Both the position numbers and the translations under genes were made by a program. The notes under the pieces are model-generated. The model was not told where the DNA came from and searched no databases. It saw only the letters and a list, made by a program, of their open reading frames with translations. DNA of 64,000 nucleotides from Octopus vulgaris (lineage: Eukaryota): NCBI GenBank assembly GCA_951406725.2, contig OX597839.1, forward strand, positions 38,936,001 through 39,000,000, written 5' to 3'. Below are positions 52,608 to 64,000 of this stretch, piece after piece. Positions within the stretch are counted from its first letter, which is position 1; each line of letters opens with the position of its first letter.

Positions 52608-53398
52608 GGCGGCGAGCTGGCAGAAACGTTAGCACGCCGGGCGAAATGCTTAGCGGTATTTCGTCTGCGTTACGTTGTAAGTTCGAATTCCGCTGAGGTC
52701 GACTTTGCCTTTCATCCTTTCGGGGTCGATAAATATCAGTACCAGTTACGCACTGGCGTCGATGTAATCGACTTCATCCGTTTGTCTGTCCTTGTTTGTC
52801 CCCTCTATGTTTAGCCCCTTGTGGGTAGTAAAGAAATAGGTATTTCGTCTGCCGTTACGTTCTGAGTTCAAATTCCGCCGTGGTCGACTTTGCCTTTCAC
52901 CCTTTCGGGGTCGATAAATTAAGTACCAGTTACGCACTGGGGTCGATGTAATCGACTTAATACCTATGTCTGTCCTTGTTTGTCCCCTCTGTTTTTAGCC
53001 GCTTGTGGGCAATAAAGTAACAGGTATTTCGCCTGTCGTTACGTTGTGAGTTCAAATTCCGCCGAGGTTGACTTTTCCTTTCATCCTTCCGGGGTCGATA
53101 AATTAAGTACCAGTTACGCACTTAATGTAATCGACTTAATACCTATGTCTTTCCTTGTTTGTCCCCTCTATGTTTAGCCCCTTGTGGGTAATAAAGAAAT
53201 AGGTGTTTCGTCTGCCGCTATTTCTGAGTTCAAATTCCGCCGTGGTCGACTTTGCCTTTCATCCTTTCGGGGTCGATAAATTAAGTACCAGTTACGCACT
53301 GGGGTCGATATAATCGACTTAATCTGTTTGTCTGTCCTTGTTTGTCCCCTCTGTGTTTAGCCCCTTGTGGGTAATAAAGAAATAGGTATTTCGTCTGC
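52608..53398 (+). mobile_element. SINE family B concatemer: head plus four ~184-bp units plus the start of a fifth
   Basis: Units start 52655, 52839, 53023, 53202, 53385. Confidence 0.92.
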
Positions 53399-53923
53399 AC
53401 CATATATTTGGTCTTCACTTCAGCTTTATTACTATTATTATTGCTTTAGTTTCTTTATCAAAGGCGGTGCTTCTGTATGATTACAATCAAATGACTGAAA
53501 GAAGTGAAGTTAAAAGAAGACTTAAGATCAGGGATTCTTGGTAACGAAGTGCACTGTATAGACAAGTAAAAATCAGTTTGGCGAAAGTGGGAATGTCTAA
53601 AGCTTTGTACAATAAGCCAATGTTGTTCGTATTTGTTACTTCTACCAGGTAAATCGTTAGTTATACTATTTGCACCTATAATTTAGTTTTAGTCGAAATA
53701 TGTTCCACGCTGATGAAGGATCCACACAGAACTGTCAGTCTTACTCTGTTCCATACGGTATGCTAATTTACACGCCAGTGAAATAAACAGTAAGACCCGA
53801 GGCTACTAGTAACTGACAACGACGGCGATTTATTAATGAGAATAAACAATTTAAATATGCTTGTTTGGTGGAAGATAAAACGTCAAAATATCTTACTCGC
53901 TGATGAAAGGTCCAAACAGAACC

Positions 53924-54154
53924 TATTTCTTTATTACCCACAAGGGGCTAAACATAGAGGGGACAAACAAGGACAGACATAGGTATTAAGTCGATTACAT
54001 CGACCCCAGTGTGTAACTGGTACTTAATTTATCGACCCCGAATGGATGAAAGGCAAAGTCGACCTCGGCGGAATTTGAACTCAGAACGTAACGGCAGACG
54101 AAATACGGCTACGCATTTCGCCCGGCGTGCTAACGTGTCTGCCAGCTCGCCGCC
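53924..54154 (-). mobile_element. SINE family B monomer with 13-bp TSD and 5' (TCTA)n addition
   Basis: TCCAAACA(G/T)AACC at 53911-53923 and 54175-54187. Confidence 0.9.
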
Positions 54155-54909
54155 TCTAGATAGATAGATAGATATCCAAACATAACCGTCTGTTTCACTC
54201 TCTTCCACGCAGCATACAAACTCAAATCCAAGTAAAGTAACTAGTAAAGTCGGAGGCTACTAGTTTACGGACTACATTTACAATTTGCTTTGTGAGTGTA
54301 CCCAACTCAAAATCGTTATGCTAGGTGGAAGAGGAAATGGTTAAATATTTCGATGAATACATCAAAGGTCTAAGCGACTATAGAATACATAGTTTCTTTA
54401 CATGATCTGTGCCATATATTTTCAAAAGACCAGCCATGTTAAACAGAGTCAAACTAATTCCTCTTGAGGATTATATCAAAAACAAATACACACACATGAG
54501 TGTCTGAGTGAATTTTTTGGGGAGGAGGCCAGTCGATTAGATCGACCTCAGTACGCAACTGATACTTAATTTATCGACCCCAAAAGGATGAAAGGCAAAG
54601 TCGACCTCGGCGGAACTCAGCCACTTTTGGGAGAATAATGGGAGGAAAGATACACTGTAGTTCGAAGGGCAAGGGCTTGTCACCAAACTGCTTCCAAGAC
54701 ATTTCTGGGGGATTATGATAGGGATTATAAACCCCTTTACTCAACTGCTTACCACATAAGGGAATGAGGAACTGAATTATCTGTGTGTGTACACACACAT
54801 GTATGTTTATATATATATATGTGTGTATGTGTACATACACTTACAAAGGGAGAGAGAGAGAGTGGGAGAGAGAGAGAGAGAAACAGAGAAATACAGTGCT
54901 GTTTATATA

Positions 54910-54991
<82 letters not shown>

Positions 54992-55487
54992 TGCGTATGT
55001 GTATGCATTTATGCATATATGCATGCATACATAAATATACATATGTATGTTTAAAGTTATTTATACATGTATATATCAGTGTAAATGTAAATTCATGTGT
55101 ATATGTGTATATTAGTAATTGCACATGTAGGTATACATATGCAAGCGTATATGTGTATGTGTATATAACATACACACATCCATGAAGACATACAAATTCA
55201 CACACAGCATTTCACACACACACACACACACATCAGGCGCATACACACATACAGTCGAACGTAGATCGTATAGATGGCCATGAACCCATCATTGGTGATC
55301 GATTATTTCCACTTAATGACTCTATACAAGTTAGTGGCTGTTGAAACTGTTCAAAATGGTATTGATTGGACGGACAAATCGCTCAGAAATCGTTATCGAT
55401 CCGTTATTAGATCAGACTTCTTTACGTTTTGCAACAATTTTTGAAACATTCTTCGCTTTTTCTGGCTTTTTTTCGTTTATTTTTTTA

Positions 55488-55519
<32 letters not shown>

Positions 55520-55602
55520 AATCATCACCACCATTGCTGTTGTTATTATTTGAATTGAATTTCTTTGATTTTGGGGGATTTTCCATTTTTTTCTGTATGT
55601 TA

Positions 55603-55646
<44 letters not shown>

Positions 55647-55991
55647 GCTATTGTATTTTTTTTTTTCCTTGAATAGTATTTTTTCGAAATTTTCACTGTT
55701 ATTATTATTGTTGTATTTCTGGTTATTTACGTGTTTTATTTATCTAGTTATTTATTTTTGTTTTTTTTTTTATAGATGTTTGTTATTTTTTAAATATCCG
55801 TTTTTCATATTTCTTATTTGTTTTTTTCCTTTGTTTGTTTCTAGAACTTTCCCAATTTTTCTATCAATGCTATTGTTGAAAGTGTGTGTATTTTTGTACA
55901 CATAGTTCTGTGTATGTGCGCTTGTCTGTCTATCTATCTATCTATCTATCTATCTATCAGTGTGTATGAACGCACATGTATGTATGTGTAT

Positions 55992-56026
<35 letters not shown>

Positions 56027-56046
56027 CATGTATACATATATATCTG

Positions 56047-56090
<44 letters not shown>

Positions 56091-56182
56091 TATACATAAA
56101 TATATATATACATATAGGTGTCTGTGTATATTTTAATTGTTCAATCTCATTTGATACCTATTGTGTTATTTCTGTGCGTCAC

Positions 56183-56262
<80 letters not shown>

Positions 56263-56300
56263 TATACACACATACATACATATATACATACATACATACA

Positions 56301-56337
<37 letters not shown>

Positions 56338-56776
56338 GTGTGTGTGTGTATATAGTAATGCAAAAGTTGTGAAGCAAATTCAAAAATATTTTACATACTA
56401 AAAACATTGAGACATAGAACTCAATACAACTGGCTGAGTAAATATGTACGTATCCACACACACACAGACACACATACAGGCATTCGCATGTACACACATG
56501 GGCACTCATACATACATACATACCAACCAACTGAACTACCTATATACATACATGTGTATGTATGTATGTACGTACGTATTCAGATTATGAATAATCTTCG
56601 TAGATAGTTTTACAATTTTTTGAAATATAATTTTCTTTATTATGTTACATTATATTTAGATATGATCGAATAATATTTTTAAAAAAACCTATTTCATCTG
56701 TTTTTTGTTTTGATTTCTTTCTTTTCTATTTCATTCCCGCTATGTTTAAAAAAGAAAGAAACTATATTCATTGTGC

Positions 56777-56835
<59 letters not shown>

Positions 56836-57039
56836 TTTCCTCTATTAGTTTGCAAGATTACGTGTCCAACGTCTCTTCGACATTCCTATAATTATATTTT
56901 ACCGAAAGTCGATTTTCAATTTGATCCTCTCTCGGGGTCGATAAAATCAAGTACCAGTCAAGTACTGTGGGATTTTGATGCAATCGAATGTCCCCCTCCC
57001 TAAAATTACTGGCCATGAGAACATTCTTTGGCGCTATTT

Positions 57040-57447
57040 CTCTTTTACTTGTTTCAGTCATTTGACTGCGGCCATGCTAGAGCATCGCCTTTAGTCGAGC
57101 AACTCGACCCCGGGACTTATTCTTTGTAAGCCCACTACTTATTCTAGCGGTCTCTTTTTGCCGAACCGCTAAGTGACGGGGACGTAAACACACCAGCATC
57201 AGTTGTCAAGCAATGCTAGGGAGACAAACACAGACACACAAACACACACACATAATACATATATATATATAAATACATATATACGACAGGCTTCTTTCAG
57301 TTTCCGTCTACCAAATCCACTCACAAGGCTTTGGTCGGCCCGGGGCTATAGCAGAAGACACTTGCCCAAGGTGCCACGCAGTGGGACTGAACCCGGAACC
57401 ATGTGGTTGGTTAGCAAGCTACTTACCACACAGCCACTCCTGCGCCT
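57040..57447 (-). mobile_element. SINE family A, young full-length copy
   Basis: Full reverse complement match. Confidence 0.95.
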
Positions 57448-57454
57448 ATCTTCA

Positions 57455-57645
57455 CATTCTTCATTATTCATAGCCGGGCTATTTCGTACTTAAAAGAATT
57501 GTACATGTCTAGTTTTACGCCTTCTTTCTTGACTATTTGTAGGTCAAAGGGGCATGCGATATCAATTATGTAACACATGTGGTTCACCTTGATCGCCACC
57601 GCTTGGTCCGGTTTGTTTTGCTCCAGCATCTGGTCCGATTGCATA
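57455..57645 (-). pseudogene. Older R4/Dong-like RLE fragment
   Basis: NKPD...CYIIDIACPFD..IVKKE..KL..Y..KYEIARL. Confidence 0.7.
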
Positions 57646-57885
57646 ATCATCATCATCGTCAATATTATTATTATTATTATTATTATTATTATGGTACTTC
57701 TGAGAGCTCTCAATCTTACTTGTTCTGTTTGACTCTGTGTAAGCGGACAACAACCTGTTGTCAGGGGTCTCACAAGGTCTCTTTCTGCAAATCATAAGAC
57801 TTGGTACATGGATGTTATCTACCGTGGAAGATAATCAACACCCAGCCCCTAATCTCAAAAATCATATCTGCCCCCAATAGAACAG

Positions 57886-57936
<51 letters not shown>

Positions 57937-57939
<3 letters not shown>

Positions 57940-58213
57940 TAGTATATCTTTTATAACGTGCTTTCACTTCACTACCGAGCGCAGCTCTGTGTGCCTCGGG
58001 TATGTGCTGTGATTTGTTGTTATGCTCTGATGGTTATTGTATGGAAAGTGTTCTGCGTAGGATGTGTGCAGTGCCTAGTAGTGCAATTTTCTGTATGTTA
58101 TATGTGTTTGTAAGTCCTGGTGTTTTTGTTATGTATTTGTCTGAATATTTTTTTATCATGCCTAATGCACCTACTATGATAGGGATTGTTTCTGTTTTCA
58201 GATTCCACATTCT
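57937..58213 (-). mobile_element. Third copy of the young R4/Dong-like 3' end, in (TTA)n
   Basis: Near identity to ~13045-13330. Confidence 0.92.
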
Positions 58214-58265
<52 letters not shown>

Positions 58266-58266
58266 A

Positions 58267-58470
58267 AGGCGACAAGCTGGCAGAAACGTTAGCACACCTG
58301 GTGAAATGCTTAGCGACATTTCATCCGTCCTTACGTTCTAATTCCGCCGAGGTCGACTTTGCCTTTCATCATTTCGGGGTCGATAAAATAAGTACCAATT
58401 ACAAACTGAGGTCGATGTAATATCGTCTAGTTCCCTCCCATAAAATTTCCGGCCTTGTACCTTTTGTAGT
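58267..58470 (+). mobile_element. SINE family B, alternative tail
   Basis: GGCGACAAGCTGGCAG...GGCCTTGTACCTTTTGTAG. Confidence 0.8.
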
Positions 58471-58691
58471 CTGCACCACACTAGACCGGGTGGGGCGTTG
58501 TGTTATTGAGCAAAACACTTCATCTCATGTTGCTCTGCGATCTCTCCGACATTTGACGCGTGGTGCACCGTGCAGCTGTTCGGACATCGTCGATTTGATG
58601 GAGAGAGTGAGCACGAACATTCGATCATTATACAGCAAATCATTAAACAAATCATTTGTGCAGGTCGCTCAGCAAAAAGCTGAACGTTCAT

Positions 58692-59270
58692 GGAAGCACT
58701 CCGTCGGTTACGACGATGAGGGTTCCGGTTGCAGCCGCATGGTTTTGCGTTCAATCGCTCTACAAGATACCTTAGTCAAGTGTCATGTGCTTATTTCCAA
58801 ACTTAAAGCAATGGTGTTTTTGTTCAAATTTATATGAAAGGTTGATAATGCTTGAGTATATTTTTGCATGGAGTCTGTGGAACTTTGGAAGCACTCCGTC
58901 GGTTACGACGACGAGGGTTCCGGTTGATCCGAATCAACGGAACAGCCTGCTCGTGAAATTAACGTGTAAGTGGCTGAGCACTCCACAGACACGTGTACCC
59001 TTAACGTAGTTCTCGGGGATATTCAGCGTGACACAGAGAGTGACAAGGCCGGCCCTTTGAAATACAGGTACAACAGAAACAGGAAGTAAGAGTGAGAGAA
59101 AGTTGTGGTGAAAGAGTACAGCAGGGATCACCACCATCCCCTGCCGGAGCCTCGTGGAGCTTTAGGTGTTTTCGCTCAATAAACACTCACAACGCCCGGT
59201 CTGGGAATCGAAACCGCGATCCTACGACCGCGAGTCCGCTGCCCTAACCACTGGGCCATTGCGCCTCCCA
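58692..59270 (-). mobile_element. tRNA-derived SINE family C with duplicated tail, inside a 12-bp TSD, nested in an older plus-strand SINE (58483-59306)
   Basis: Minus-strand head GGAGGCGCAATGGCCCAGTGG...GGTTTCGATTCCC; TSD CTGAACGTTCAT at 58680-58691 and 59271-59282. Confidence 0.88.
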
Positions 59271-59397
59271 CTGAACGTTCATACGTCGTCTTCGACGGGA
59301 GGACCCATTGCTATCATCATCATTATTATTTTTCGAATGCTATTACAAGCAAATTTAATTAGCAGGTATATTGTTCTGAAGGTTTATTGACAAATCT

Positions 59398-59740
59398 TCT
59401 CAAATCTCAAGAACCTTTCTTAACAATTCTTGTAGAATACAGGATTGTACTTTCTGCATGTCGACAAACGCAAATCTCAATGTCCTTCATTCTGTGAGCT
59501 AAGTGTGCAATGGCAGGTGTACCAATAACCACAAGAATAATAGGCATCTTAGTCTTCCACAAGTTCTTCATCTCACTGGCAAGGTCCTTATGTTTTACAC
59601 ATTATATTTTTCAATTTATTTGCTATCCAATTCTGTCTATCGTCATCAGGCATTGCAAAGTCTCTGGTCTTTCGCAATTTGTTCCTGTTCTCTACGATTA
59701 TATCTGGCAACGTGCTACGATTGCATGGCAATTCTATAAT
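59398..59740 (-). pseudogene. Ancient R4/Dong-like RLE C-terminus
   Basis: DFAMPDD...HKDLASEMKNLWKTKMPIILVVIG...LRKVLEI*. Confidence 0.6.
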
Positions 59741-59749
59741 TATCGCTTG

Positions 59750-59853
59750 TCACCACCAACACCACCGCCGCCGCCAGCACCAGCACCAGCACCACCACCA
59801 GCACCACCAGCACCAACACCACCACCACCACCAGCACCACCAGCACCACAACC

Positions 59854-59884
<31 letters not shown>

Positions 59885-59955
59885 CCAGCACCAGCACCAG
59901 CACCACCACCAGCACCACCAGCACCAGCACCACCACCAACAACACCACCACCATC
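59750..59955. repeat. (CCA/GCA)n trinucleotide tract
   Basis: Direct. Confidence 0.9.
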
Positions 59956-60949
59956 ACATTATTACCACTATTACTACTTTTATTGCTATTTATCAGTTTA
60001 TAATGACGGTGATAATGATGATGATGATAGTGATAATGATGATGGTGATGATGACGATGATGATGATGGTAATGATGAATAAGATTAATGATAATGACGA
60101 AAATAGTAATTATTTTCACTGTTGGTGTTGGTGTCGTAATTGTTGTTGATGACGTTGTTGTTACTATTAACTGAGATCGATACAAATAAACAATCGATAT
60201 GATACTGCATAAATAAATAAGCCGAGCGGTCTTTAGTTACGTCACAACGGCATCTAAATTTGAATTTCCATCACAACAAACATACACATACACATACATT
60301 CACACACACACACACACACACACAGGTACATGTATACGCGCATACATTTATATATGTGTGTGTGTATGTATGCGTGCGTGTAGCTCTGTGTGTGTATGTG
60401 TACATATATGTCTTTGTGTTTGCGTTTGTCTTCCTTGCCTACAGCACTTGACAACCAATTGACAACCGGTGTGAGTTTGGTTACGTCCTCATTTCTCAGT
60501 GCTTCGGTGAATAATAAAACGATAGAATAAATACCTGACTGGAAAAAAAACTAAACAAAACAAAACAAAAGTATAATTATAGTTTCTGGGGTCGATTTGC
60601 CCGAATGAAACTTTCCAAGGCAAGTGCCCCAGCATGGCCACATTCTAATGAATGAAGCAAATAAAAAATAAAGATATGCAAAAGATAAAACAGAATATGC
60701 TGGAAAAAAAAAACATGTAAGATAATGCAATCCTACATGCATCTAAAAGAAGAAGAAGGGATGGTCACGGTTTGGTTGGAAGTCCTTTGATCATAGGTCA
60801 GATCGATCAAGGTTGGCATCGGGCAAAAACAATTATCACAACAACAACAATAACAATAACAACAACATTATTGACTGCTACATCAATAAAACATATTTGC
60901 ATATATTAACAACTGAATCGACGACGATATGATTATCAACAGCAAAAAT

Positions 60950-61778
60950 CCATATAATCATCATCATCATCATCATCACAATCGTCATCACAATCATGAC
61001 CATCATCATCATGACCATCATCATCATGACCATCATCATCATGACCATCATCATCACAATCGTCATCACAATCATCATCATGACCATCGTCATCGTCGCC
61101 ATTGCCATCGTCATCATCATAACCATCACCATCATCATCATCATAACCATCATCATCATAACCATCATCATCATAACCATCATCATAACCATTATCATCA
61201 TCATCATTATCATCACCATCATCATCATCATCATAACCATCATCATGACCATCATCATCATGACCATCATCATAACCATTATCATCATCATCATTATCAT
61301 CACCATCATCATCATCATCATAACCATTATCATCATCATCATAACCATCATCATCACCATCACCATCATCATAACCATCACCATCATCATCATCTTCACC
61401 ATTATCACCAGCCATCATAGTGGTCATCACCATCACCACCACCCTCACTATCATTATAATCGTCATCGTCATCGTCATCATCATCATCAACGTCATCGTC
61501 GTCGTCGTCGTCATCGTCATATTCGTCCCCAACATCATCGTCGTCGTCAAAGTCGTCATCATCATTACCATCTCCGTCCATCATCGTCATACCTATCATC
61601 ATCATCATCATCATCATCCTCATAATCATCATCACCATCATCGTCGTTGTGTCGTCATAGTCTTCTTCATTAACAACAATCAACTGCACCACTAGTACTA
61701 TGACAACTACTGCCACCGCCACCAGAACCACCACCACCACCACCACCGACACCACCCTTACCATCACCACCACCACCT
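60950..61778. repeat. Long degenerate (CAT)n/(CAC)n tract
   Basis: Direct. Confidence 0.95.
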
Positions 61779-61974
61779 TTTAATCGCCACATTTGCCATC
61801 AATAACGGAAGAATAATAAAAAATAAGATATAAAATCAAATGATTTCATATTTTAAATAAAATTATCAGATATAATGAAATTATCAAAAATAATCAAACA
61901 ATTCCATAAAAAAAATAACAAATAAAAATATACATATATTAACTATATATATATATAACATACATATATTAACA

Positions 61975-62179
<205 letters not shown>

Positions 62180-62627
62180 CATTAAACTGATAACCCTAGA
62201 ATTGAAACCGGTTCTCTTTTAAGTTGTTCGGTAAAGCAAAGTTGAGATAAGTGATAAAAATTATAATAGCCATAGAGCTTATAATGTCGGCTGATGGCAG
62301 TGTAGAAAGTTATCTTCAATGCAGGAGAGCGTATTGTCTGCATACACCTATATTGCATGATGTGGCGTATTTTTTTTTTCTTTTACATAAAATATCGTTG
62401 TTTTTTTTCTGATTTTTTTTTTATCTCTTTTTAATTCATTCATATTTTTTATTTGTGTAACTTATCTCTCTCTCTTTCTTTCTCTCTCACTCTTTCATTT
62501 TCATTCATTCTTCCTTTCTTTCTCTCTCTGTGAGTTTTTTTTTTTTACCTCCGACGTATTCTCGGTTTCAATAGAATAGAGTATATTGTCTACATACGTA
62601 ATGCCGAAGATGGCATACACACCCACA

Positions 62628-62663
<36 letters not shown>

Positions 62664-62822
62664 AAACTGCATATAGACGCATACAAACATAAATATAAAA
62701 ATATACACATACGCACACATATATACATACAAATACAAACGCACGTATGTAGACACACACTTATATATAAACCCCTACAAATATCTACATACAAATATAT
62801 ATACACCTACATATACACACAC

Positions 62823-62857
<35 letters not shown>

Positions 62858-62997
62858 CATATATACATACATACATATATACATACATACAATACACACA
62901 TATATATACACACAGGCTCCATATGTGTGTGTACTTTGATATACCTAGAACCACATTCTTTTCGTTCCTACTCCCTCATTCACTCATTCATCGCGTT

Positions 62998-63032
<35 letters not shown>

Positions 63033-63371
63033 ATATATATCCTTCCTCCTCCTCTCTTTATCTCTCTCACTCCTCCTTTCTCCCTCGCACAGTCTAAAAC
63101 ACATTTTCAACACAGGAGAATGTATTGTCTAAACACATTACAGCATAAAATGTTCTTTTGAACATTTACCTGAAACTACGTTACTTTCCGTGTTCCTTCT
63201 TTCTTTCTTTCTTTCCTTTTTTCTTTCTTTCCTTCTTCATTCATTGCTTCTTTTTTCTTCATCTGTCTGTCTGTCTGTCTGTCTCTCTCTCAATCCCTTC
63301 TTTCTTTCAGTCCCCACTCCCGATATGCATTATCGCCTTGCATTTCTCTACACATCATCATTCAGTACTCC

Positions 63372-63416
<45 letters not shown>

Positions 63417-63766
63417 CACACACTATACATACATATACATACACACTTACTATACATGCTTATATGTGAGTATATATATATATATATATATAAATACACA
63501 CACACACACACATACACACATATATATTAAATATCTCACGTAATATATAATATATACAATAATATACAATACACTGTAATATCTCTAGTATAATATCTAA
63601 CAACCTCTGCTAAATTAACGGCCCACTTATTCTTTGTTTCCAAAATCTATTCCATCATATTTTCCGCCATTTCATTGTTTCTTATCACTGGAATATTATT
63701 TTATCATAAAAGACAAATAACAACAGAAGAACAATACCAAAAAATTACATAAAACACAAAAACACT

Positions 63767-63840
<74 letters not shown>

Positions 63841-64000
63841 GCAGGGTGGATGTATGTATACAAAGAGAAAACAAAGACACTCGTAAACAAAACAGGGCGA
63901 ATAAAAACATGTTTCCTGTTCCGTGTTTGCGTGTGTATATATACGTGTTTGAATGTCAGTTTCAGTATGTGTGCGCACATACATATATACGTAGATACAC

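Noticed and set aside
59195-59270. tRNA gene on the minus strand
   Set aside because: tRNA-like head continuous with a SINE body and TSD; no terminator or complete acceptor stem.
59510-60185. Pro/Ala- and His/Gln-rich ORFs
   Set aside because: Trinucleotide repeats open in several frames; the upstream part is the antisense of a LINE remnant.
60878-61776. Poly-His, poly-Asp and poly-Met ORFs
   Set aside because: (CAT)n tract, open on both strands.

Overview
Eukaryotic, AT-rich, microsatellite-saturated non-coding DNA. The repeat families are characteristic of an octopus (coleoid cephalopod) genome; this is an inference from sequence style. I can support no intact host protein-coding gene: almost all listed ORFs are translations of (TA)n, (CA)n, (TAA)n or (CAT)n tracts or of SINEs. 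The window contains: four or more tRNA-derived SINE families; 5'-truncated non-LTR retrotransposons (R4/Dong-like RLE copies in (TAA)n, a Tx1/L1-like copy in (GATA)n, an RTE-like copy); mariner remnants; two non-autonomous Helitrons; and long-TIR MITEs. Three signals stand out. (1) About ten minimal type I hammerhead-ribozyme motifs occur in several unrelated Penelope-like terminal-repeat families, with a recurrent non-canonical CCGANGA core. (2) One SINE family forms head-plus-four-unit concatemers; one array sits inside a single target-site duplication. (3) The same SINE shares its 3' tail with the Tx1-like LINE in this window and also occurs with an alternative tail. All structures were folded or aligned by eye and need computational and experimental confirmation.
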